The position numbers and the translations under genes are program-made. The notes beneath the pieces are model-generated. The model worked only from the letters and a program-made list of their open reading frames with translations, did not search any database and was not told the DNA's origin. A DNA stretch of 64,000 bases, taken from the NCBI GenBank assembly GCA_035540975.1, contig DATLFN010000005.1, forward strand, positions 9,599 to 73,598, given 5' to 3'. Shown here piece by piece: positions 50,753 to 57,347 of the stretch. The stretch's first letter is position 1; each line of letters opens with the position of its first letter. Source of the stretch: Acidimicrobiales bacterium. Lineage in GTDB: Bacteria > Actinomycetota > Acidimicrobiia > Acidimicrobiales > GCA-2861595.

Positions 50753-51100
50753 TTATTGTTGCCCGCCACGCTCGATGAACACGCCGGCGACACTCAGCTT
50801 CGAGACGCTGTGGGACGCGCTGAACTGCTGGGGGGTCTCCACGGTGTCGTGGGTCATCAGTCGGCGGTGACCTCGGTGACGGCGGCCCGGGCCGAGGACT
50901 CGTCGCAGATGGCCTTCTTGGCGGCGTAGGCGGCGACGAGGGCCTGGGCGAGGTTGTTGACCGCCCGAGGCAGGCACGGGCGACCTGGTGGATGAGGGCG
51001 CAGGTCGCCGAGACGACCGCCGCAATGTCCGCGAGCGCGCTCAGGGCCGCCCGAGGACACCATCCTCCGTACCGCTCTTCTGGCCATGCGTTGCCGAAGT
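50753..51100 (-). pseudogene. decayed ORFs (frameshifted helical protein fragment plus 34-aa ORF)
   Basis: Protein-like stretches switch frame: ...ALSALADIAAVVSATCALIHQVARACLG then RAVNNLAQALVAAYAAKKAICDESSARAAVTEVTAD. The stop overlaps (TGATG) MTHDTVETPQQFSASHSVSKLSVAGVFIERGGQQ. No family is recognised. Confidence 0.3.
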
Positions 51101-51172
51101 GTGCCCAACCACGTCGACTGGCATCCCCGGGCCGCTCCCCGTCGCTCGATACCGTAGGCATCCAAGGAGGCC

Positions 51173-52669
51173 GTGTTGTTCGAGCCACGCCGAACCTCGA
51201 CATCGAACTTCGGCGTCGGCAAGCGTGAGAGCCACGACGCGTCGGGGTTCTATGCCCGCTTCCGGCCTCCCGAGCTGTCAACCGACGACGGCATCGCCGA
51301 AGCACCTGATCTCGGCGACGGCTGCATCAGCGGCGACATCCGGGAGCGGGACGACCTGCCGGACGGGTCGGTCGCGCTCGTCGTGACATCACCTCCGTAC
51401 TTTGCAGGCAAGGAATACGAGGAGGCCCTCGGCGAGGGGCGTGTCCCAGGCTCCTACGCCGACTTCCTCGACATGCTCCGCGAGGTGTTCGCCGTCTGTG
51501 TTCGCAAGCTCGAGCCGGGCGGCCGGATCGCCGTCAACGTCGCCAACCTCGGGCGCAAGCCGTATCGAAGCCTGTCGGCCGACGTCATCGGGTTGCTGCA
51601 GGACGACCTGGGCCTGCTGCTCCGAGGCGAGGTGATCTGGCAGAAGGGCGAGGGAGCGAGCGGCAGCTGCGCCTGGGGATCTTTCCGGAGCGCGGCGAAC
51701 CCCGTGCTCCGAGACGTCACAGAGCGGGTGATCATCGCGAGCAAGGGCCGCTTCGACAGGGCGAAGAGCCTGCAGCAGCGCGCCGCCGAACACCGGCCCC
51801 ACGTCAGCTCGTTGACGAGCGACGAGTTCATGTCAGCGACGCTCGACGTATGGCGCATCGAACCCGAGAGCGCCCGGCGGGTGAACCACCCGGCGCCGTT
51901 CCCGGTGCAGCTGCCCGAGCGGTTGATCCACCTCTACACCTTCGTCGGTGACATCGTGCTCGATCCGTTCCTCGGCTCCGGGAGCACGCTGGTCGCGGCT
52001 CGGCGCACTGGGCGAATCGGCGTCGGGTACGACGTCGATGCCGAGTACGTCGCGGTCGCCCGGGACCGGGTCCGCAGGGTGGAGGTGTCGCCTCACGTCG
52101 TTCCCACGACGGGCGCCAGCCCTCTCCCGGAGGTGCCGGTCCCTGATGACGGCTCCGCCGACTCGCCCGAGAGCTTCCAAGCTCTAGCGACGAAGGAGGG
52201 CAAGGCAGCGCAGGCGATCGCGATGCGCGTCCTCGAAGACGCCGGGTTCCGCATCACCCATCGGAACCGCAAGCTCCGTGGCACTGGCGTCACGATGAAC
52301 CTCGTCGCCGTCGACGGCGACGAGCGTCCTTGGTACTTCGACGTGACGGGTGCCTTCACCACGACGCGGGCCGGACTCTCCAGGACTGACTCAGTGTGGA
52401 AGTGCCTGGGGCGTGCACACGTGGTGCAGAACAAGGTCAACCTCGGTGCACGAGAGAAGACGAACCTGGTCTTCTTGACCTCGCACCTTCCGCTCGGCGG
52501 GAGCGAAGGCGACGTGGCGCTGCACGCGGCGGGCCCCAACGCGTTCTTCGATGCCATCGCCATGCTCTCTGATGCGGGCAGGTGGCGGCTCGGTGCCTAC
52601 GCCGCGGGCCGGTGCACGCGTCCGCTGCCGGGGTTCTGGACGGACCGAGAGCTCGCACGTCTGGACTGA
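51173..52669 (+). CDS. beta-class N4/N6 DNA methyltransferase fused to a C-terminal Mrr-like (PD-(D/E)xK-fold) domain
   Basis: AAGGAGG lies before GTG 51173 / TTG 51176. Motif IV is VVTSPPYF and motif I is LDPFLGSGSTLVAA (order IV then I, so beta class). The C-terminal ~165 aa read VLEDAGF...NLVAVDGDERPWYFDVTG...NLVFLTSHLP. Confidence 0.8.
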   Translation: MLFEPRRTSTSNFGVGKRESHDASGFYARFRPPELSTDDGIAEAPDLGDGCISGDIRERDDLPDGSVALVVTSPPYFAGKEYEEALGEGRVPGSYADFLDMLREVFAVCVRKLEPGGRIAVNVANLGRKPYRSLSADVIGLLQDDLGLLLRGEVIWQKGEGASGSCAWGSFRSAANPVLRDVTERVIIASKGRFDRAKSLQQRAAEHRPHVSSLTSDEFMSATLDVWRIEPESARRVNHPAPFPVQLPERLIHLYTFVGDIVLDPFLGSGSTLVAARRTGRIGVGYDVDAEYVAVARDRVRRVEVSPHVVPTTGASPLPEVPVPDDGSADSPESFQALATKEGKAAQAIAMRVLEDAGFRITHRNRKLRGTGVTMNLVAVDGDERPWYFDVTGAFTTTRAGLSRTDSVWKCLGRAHVVQNKVNLGAREKTNLVFLTSHLPLGGSEGDVALHAAGPNAFFDAIAMLSDAGRWRLGAYAAGRCTRPLPGFWTDRELARLD

Positions 52670-52678
52670 CTCGCGCCG

Positions 52679-52996
52679 ATGGACCTGGCCTACGCCGTGG
52701 TGCACGGCGATCCCCCCGAAGTGTTCGCCGCTCGCGACATCGACACTCTGCAGAAGGTCATCGCCTTGGAGCTGGTCGCACGCAGCCCAGCCTCGACGCT
52801 GCAGAGCGATCGCGCAGCGACCATCCGGCAGGCGCTGCTCGACGAGAGATGGGGCGACGCGCTCGTCGACTGGATGGCCGCGGCCGCGACCGTCGTCGAC
52901 GTGTACCCGGACGGCCTGACGGTGTGGGCCGCCCCTGACGTCGAGCCCGAGACCGTCGGGCTCCGCCTGCAGTTCAGGCCTCTCTTCACCGACTGA
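52679..52996 (+). CDS. hypothetical protein (105 aa)
   Basis: ATG 52679 lies 9 nt after the methyltransferase stop. Coding-like codon usage; no family recognised. Confidence 0.45.
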   Translation: MDLAYAVVHGDPPEVFAARDIDTLQKVIALELVARSPASTLQSDRAATIRQALLDERWGDALVDWMAAAATVVDVYPDGLTVWAAPDVEPETVGLRLQFRPLFTD

Positions 52997-53226
52997 TGCC
53001 GCGCCTGCTGCGAGACCTCGGACCGGAGGAACGCGCTCCGGTCATCGCAACCATTCGTCACGAGGCGGAGGCGGCGGCTTGGCGCACCGTGCCGAACGCG
53101 CAAAGGGCGCTCTGTGCAACCGATGGCCGAGGCGAGTTCGAACTGAGCCGGGAACTCGCCGGACGGCCGGCCACTGGCCGGAGCGCGCATCGTCTCTTGC
53201 CTGCGGGGACGCCTTCGACAGGGTGA
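52996..53226 (+). CDS. hypothetical protein (76 aa)
   Basis: The start overlaps the previous stop (TGATG). No family recognised. Confidence 0.35.
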   Translation: MPRLLRDLGPEERAPVIATIRHEAEAAAWRTVPNAQRALCATDGRGEFELSRELAGRPATGRSAHRLLPAGTPSTG

Positions 53227-53551
53227 GCCGAGATGGCCCTCGGTCCCGGCGGTTTCACGTGCGGCGACTCCACTGCACGATCGCAGCCGGCTTCGACCCC
53301 GGGCGGGGTGCAGGCCGTGACCTCGGCATCGGCGAGCCCCAGTCCGTCCAGGCCGGCAGGGAAAGTGCTTGCCGGCGATTCACGGCCGGTGCTCGAGGAG
53401 ACCGGCGGCACGGATCCGCGCCGTTCCTCCTGGGGAACTCGGGCGCTCTGGCATGGGCCCGGCGCTGGGGGCACCGACTCCGCCAGGCGGTGAGGCGGAC
53501 CCTTCTCGCCGGAAGGTCGTCGCCGTGCGATCCGCTCGGTCGTGGCCTGCG

Positions 53552-54400
53552 TCAGTTCTTGCGGTACAGGCGCGTCGTCAGGGGTGCGAACACGGCCGTC
53601 AGCCCGGCCGCCACGACCAGCACGATGGTGATGTCGCCGGCGTCGGCGTCCCCGGCCATGAGGCCTCGCGAGGCGTCGGCCAGGATGGAGATCGGGTTGA
53701 CGTTGACGAAGGCTTCGAGCGGACCGGGGAGCGTCTCGGGCTCCACGAACACGTTGGAGAGGAACGTCAGCGGGAAGACGCCCATGAACCCGGCGTTGAG
53801 CACCGCGCTCGGCGAACGGAGGACGAGCCCGAGGGTGGTGAACACCCACGACAGGCCGAAGGCGAAGACGACCACGAGCAGCAACGCAGCGACCGCCCCT
53901 CCCGCCCCCGCGTCGGGCCGGAAGCCGAGGGCGACGCCGACGAGGATGATCACGGTGCCGGCCAGCACGTAGCGGACCGTGTCGCCGATCATCGAGCCGA
54001 GCAGCGGCGCCGGACGCCAGATCGGAAGCGAGCGGAACCGGTCCACGACGCCCTTGGTGAGGTCGGTGTTGAGCGCCACGCCGGAGTACACGGTGGTGAA
54101 GAGCACCGACATGACGAGGATGCCGGGGAGCAGGTAGTCGCGGTACTCGCCCGTCGAGCCCGAGACGGCCCCGCCGAAGATGTAGGTGAACATCACCACG
54201 AACATCACGGGTGTGACGGTGACGTCGAGGAGCTGCTCCGGGACGTGCTTCACCTTCAGCATTCCGCGCCACGCGAACGTGAGCGCTGCCGACACGGCGC
54301 TCGCCTTCGGCGGGCGTGGTGTCGAGGAGATGGCGCGGCGGACCGCCGCCTGGTCAGCCGTCGTGGCCGACGCCGCCTCTGCAATCGGCTTGCCGCTCAT
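53552..54400 (-). CDS. ABC-2-type exporter permease (DrrB-like)
   Basis: From ATG 54400 (ATGA overlap with the ATPase gene): 6 TM segments and [33 protein letters not shown], typical of DrrB/NodJ-type permeases. Confidence 0.85.
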   Translation of the reverse strand: MSGKPIAEAASATTADQAAVRRAISSTPRPPKASAVSAALTFAWRGMLKVKHVPEQLLDVTVTPVMFVVMFTYIFGGAVSGSTGEYRDYLLPGILVMSVLFTTVYSGVALNTDLTKGVVDRFRSLPIWRPAPLLGSMIGDTVRYVLAGTVIILVGVALGFRPDAGAGGAVAALLLVVVFAFGLSWVFTTLGLVLRSPSAVLNAGFMGVFPLTFLSNVFVEPETLPGPLEAFVNVNPISILADASRGLMAGDADAGDITIVLVVAAGLTAVFAPLTTRLYRKN

Positions 54401-55302
54401 GCGTGGATCCCCTCGTCGTCGGCGCCGGTCCGGTCGCCGGGGCGTTCCTCGGCGGGATGGCCGGTGAGGGCCAGGAACACCTCGTCCAGGCTGGGCTGGC
54501 CGAGGGAGAAGGCGGCCACGTGGATGCCGGCGCCGGCCAGGTGGGCGACGACCGCCGCTCCCAGGTCGCCGTTCGCGCACGGAGCCGACAGGGCAGCCGG
54601 ATCCGCCTCCCGGGTGACGCCGCCCAGCTCTCGGTGGAGCACCGTCTCTGCCTCGTCACGCTGGCTGGGGTCCAGGAGGCGCACGTGCAGTGTGCCCGAG
54701 CCGACGGACGCCTTGAGCTGGCTCGGCGTGCCCTCGGCGATGACGCTCCCGTGGTCGATGACGGCGATGCCCTCGGCGAGCTGGTCGGCCTCCTCCAGGT
54801 ACTGAGTGCAGAGCAGGATTGTCGTGCCCTCCGCGACCAGTGCCCGGATGATGTCCCACACCTGGCTGCGGGAGCGGGGGTCGAGCCCGGTGGTGGGCTC
54901 GTCGAGGAACATCAGCTGAGGCGTGACGACGATGCTGGCAGCGATGTCCAGCCGGCGTCGCATCCCGCCCGAGTAGTGCTTGACGAGCTTGCCGGCGAAC
55001 TCGGCCAGACCGAAGGCGTCCAGCAACTCGGTGGCCCGGGTCTTGGCGCCCGCTCGCTTCAGGCCTAGGAGGCGGCCCAGGAGGATGAGGTTCTCGCGGC
55101 CGGTGAGATCCTCGTCGACCGAGGCGTTCTGGCCGGTGAGGCTCATGGCAGCGCGCACGGCCTCCGCCTCGCGCACCATGTCGTGCCCGAGGATCTGCGC
55201 CCTCCCGGCGTCGGGGTGCAGCAGGGTGGCCAGCATGCGGATGGTGGTGGTCTTCCCGGCGCCGTTGGGCCCGAGCACTCCGTAGATCGAGCCGCGGCGC
55301 AC
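54397..55302 (-). CDS. ABC exporter ATP-binding protein (DrrA-like), 5' end apparently disrupted
   Basis: [37 protein letters not shown]. The in-frame ORF only starts at GTG 55302, 11 aa before Walker A. The SD-preceded ATG at 55363 is in another frame. Confidence 0.75.
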   Translation of the reverse strand: MRRGSIYGVLGPNGAGKTTTIRMLATLLHPDAGRAQILGHDMVREAEAVRAAMSLTGQNASVDEDLTGRENLILLGRLLGLKRAGAKTRATELLDAFGLAEFAGKLVKHYSGGMRRRLDIAASIVVTPQLMFLDEPTTGLDPRSRSQVWDIIRALVAEGTTILLCTQYLEEADQLAEGIAVIDHGSVIAEGTPSQLKASVGSGTLHVRLLDPSQRDEAETVLHRELGGVTREADPAALSAPCANGDLGAAVVAHLAGAGIHVAAFSLGQPSLDEVFLALTGHPAEERPGDRTGADDEGIHA

Positions 55303-55375
55303 CGCCAGGTCGACACCGTTGACGGCGCGGGTGTCGCCTGTGGCTGCGGCGGATGCCGTCCATCTCTCCGTCCCC

Positions 55376-56026
55376 TCAGTTGCTGAAGGCGAGCACGTAC
55401 GCCTGGCGGTAGTACGTGTAGGCCTTCTTGTAGTTCCCGGCGGCGAGCTGGCTGTCGGCGGCGGCGAGGTACGACTTGGCCGAGGTGCACGTGCACTGCT
55501 TCAGCTCGACCATGGCGTCGATCGTGTTGCCCACCTCGGACTGCACGCCCACGCCCTTGGAGTTGATGAAGTCCGGGGCGTGGCCCTCGCCGTCGGCGGG
55601 CAGCACGAACCCCGAGTCGGCGGTCGTCGTGACGGCGAGGTCGGCCTGGATCCGGATCTGCATGAGCTGGTCCTCGAGGTTCCAGTGCTCGTCGATGCGG
55701 CAGATGTCCGCCGTCTGGTTCTGGCCCTTGACGACCAGGGCCGCCACCTTGGTGGCCGTCGTGACGCCGGCGGCCACGAGGGCGGCGATGGCGCTGAGCT
55801 TGCTGTCCTCGAGGAGCGCCTGGGTCAGCTCGGCGAGGATCACCGCCGAGTTGGCGATGTGCTCGTCGTGGGCGCCCATGGGCGTGTACGGCTTCTCGAC
55901 GCACGCCTCCTCGTGGATGGCGAGCGCGGGGCCCGGCCCGAGGGCGAGCCCGGCGGCGACCAGCGACGCCACGAGCGCGACGCACAGCCCTGTCGCCCGC
56001 CGGCGCCGGTGCAGCGGCGGCCTCAC
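55376..56026 (-). CDS. secreted 4-Cys protein, paralogue B (unknown family)
   Basis: From GTG 56026 (GTGA overlap): signal peptide ...GPALA, then IHEEAC...[14 protein letters not shown]...[16 protein letters not shown]...[23 protein letters not shown]. Confidence 0.7.
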   Translation of the reverse strand: MRPPLHRRRRATGLCVALVASLVAAGLALGPGPALAIHEEACVEKPYTPMGAHDEHIANSAVILAELTQALLEDSKLSAIAALVAAGVTTATKVAALVVKGQNQTADICRIDEHWNLEDQLMQIRIQADLAVTTTADSGFVLPADGEGHAPDFINSKGVGVQSEVGNTIDAMVELKQCTCTSAKSYLAAADSQLAAGNYKKAYTYYRQAYVLAFSN

Positions 56027-56532
56027 GGCATCCTCGCCAGTGCGCGATCGGCCAGGCCCGCCATCTGCGAGATGCGCTCGTCGGCCGACCCCGACCCGTT
56101 GACGAGCACCACGGTGACGAAGGTCTCGCCCCTCCGGGCCACGAGCTGCGACACCAGCTCGCCGAGCGTGGCCATGGCCTCGTCGCCGGCGTCCGCCGTC
56201 CGGAGGGTCGCGTTGCCGGAGCCGGCGTAGTCGCCCATGGCGGTGGCGAAGTTCTCGGCGGTGAGCGGTTCGGGTGCCGGTCCGACCGAGAGCGACCGGA
56301 ACTCCCCGCGGGTCGCCACGGTGAACGAGCACAGCGCGGGGTTCTCGTTGACCACCACGGACGACCCGAGCACGGCCTCGGCCTCGGCCTTGGTCACCAG
56401 CGTGCAGGCGTCCGGCGGTGCGTCGCCGGTCGAGCTCTCCTGTGCGCCGGCCAGGTGGCCCCCGGTGACGAAGCCCCCGGCCGCCACTGCCGCCACGACG
56501 AGCAGGGCTCTCGCCCTCGGTCGAGTCATCAT
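56023..56532 (-). CDS. secreted protein, DUF3558-like pattern (hypothetical)
   Basis: From ATG 56532: a signal peptide, then DACTLVTKAEAEAVLG...ALCSF, which is reminiscent of DUF3558-type actinobacterial secreted proteins and lipoproteins. Confidence 0.55.
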   Translation of the reverse strand: MMTRPRARALLVVAAVAAGGFVTGGHLAGAQESSTGDAPPDACTLVTKAEAEAVLGSSVVVNENPALCSFTVATRGEFRSLSVGPAPEPLTAENFATAMGDYAGSGNATLRTADAGDEAMATLGELVSQLVARRGETFVTVVLVNGSGSADERISQMAGLADRALARMP

Positions 56533-56549
56533 CCGTCTCACGGCGCCCC

Positions 56550-57332
56550 CTAGTTGCTGAACGCCAGCACGTACGCCTGGCGATAGGCGGTGTAGGCCTT
56601 CTTGTAGCTGCCGGCGGCCAAGTGGCTGTTGCCCTGGGACAGGTACGACTTGGCCGACGTGCACGTGCACTGCTTCAGCTCGACCATGCGGTCGATCGTC
56701 GCCGTGACCAGGTCCCGCACGCCGAACTTCTCGACGTCGATGAACCCGCCGTTGGCCTCGGGGAGCACGAACAGCGCCACCGGCGTGGTCGTGGCGGCGA
56801 GGTCCCTGCGTATCGCCGAGGCGAGCAGCTCGTCCTCCAGCTGCCAGTGCCGGTCGGTGCGGCAGATGTCCGCCAGCTTGTTCTGCGTCACCAGGGCGAG
56901 GTGCGCGACCTTGCCGGCGGCGACGGTGCCGTCGGCGATCATCACGGCGATGCGCATGATCAGCGTGGACCGCTCGAGGGTGTGCGCGGCGGTGAACATG
57001 GCCTTGGAGGAGACGGGCTCGGGGTTGGCGACCGCCGCGTCCTCCGCCTTCTCGGCCGCCTGCTCCACGGCGTCGGCGGCGGCCGACAGGATCGTCTGGA
57101 CGAGCTCGAGCCCGATGACGATGCCCTCGGCGATGCTCTCGTCCCGCACCGTGTCCATCGACGTGTAGGGGTAGGGCCCGTCGCACTTCTCGGCGTGGAT
57201 GGCGGCGGCCGGCGGCGGCGCCAGGAAGGCCGTCGCCGTGACGGCCACGACGGCGGCCAGCAGCCCGGCCAGGCGCCGGCGGCCCACACCCGCGCCGGTG
57301 CTCGCGGCGCCCGCCCGTGTCGTTCGTCGCAT
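56550..57332 (-). CDS. secreted 4-Cys protein, paralogue A (unknown family)
   Basis: GGAGG SD before ATG 57332. Signal peptide ...PPAAA, then IHAEKC...ADICRTDRHWQLED...[16 protein letters not shown]...[23 protein letters not shown]. Confidence 0.75.
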   Translation of the reverse strand: MRRTTRAGAASTGAGVGRRRLAGLLAAVVAVTATAFLAPPPAAAIHAEKCDGPYPYTSMDTVRDESIAEGIVIGLELVQTILSAAADAVEQAAEKAEDAAVANPEPVSSKAMFTAAHTLERSTLIMRIAVMIADGTVAAGKVAHLALVTQNKLADICRTDRHWQLEDELLASAIRRDLAATTTPVALFVLPEANGGFIDVEKFGVRDLVTATIDRMVELKQCTCTSAKSYLSQGNSHLAAGSYKKAYTAYRQAYVLAFSN

Positions 57333-57347
57333 CAGGCCTCCTTCCCC

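Larger units (their letters stand above)
49177..53311. mobile_element. candidate tRNA-Glu-associated genomic islet (no integrase present)
   Basis: It starts right at the tRNA 3' end and has visibly more A/T than its flanks. It carries accessory-type genes (AAA ATPase, DNA methyltransferase) and frameshifted remnants. A 19/25 look-alike of the tRNA 3' end lies at 53287-53311. Confidence 0.45.

Noticed and set aside
49177-53551. I looked for an integrase, transposase or phage genes to define the islet as a classical integrative element.
   Set aside because: None was found on either strand; there are only an ATPase, a methyltransferase, small ORFs and remnants. The element is therefore reported only as a candidate, possibly eroded, islet.
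53226-53551. ORFs lie in the 325-nt gap before the ABC permease (for example 53233..53493 plus and the tail of 53058..54272 minus).
   Set aside because: The translations lack any motif or hydrophobic/periodic structure, and the frames are mutually overlapping. The region is treated as non-coding or remnant.
54656-55363. A 235-aa ORF starts at the SD-preceded ATG 55363.
   Set aside because: After the first ~6 residues the product is Arg-rich nonsense overlapping the ATPase frame. It is taken as evidence of a frameshift in the ATPase gene, not as a separate gene.
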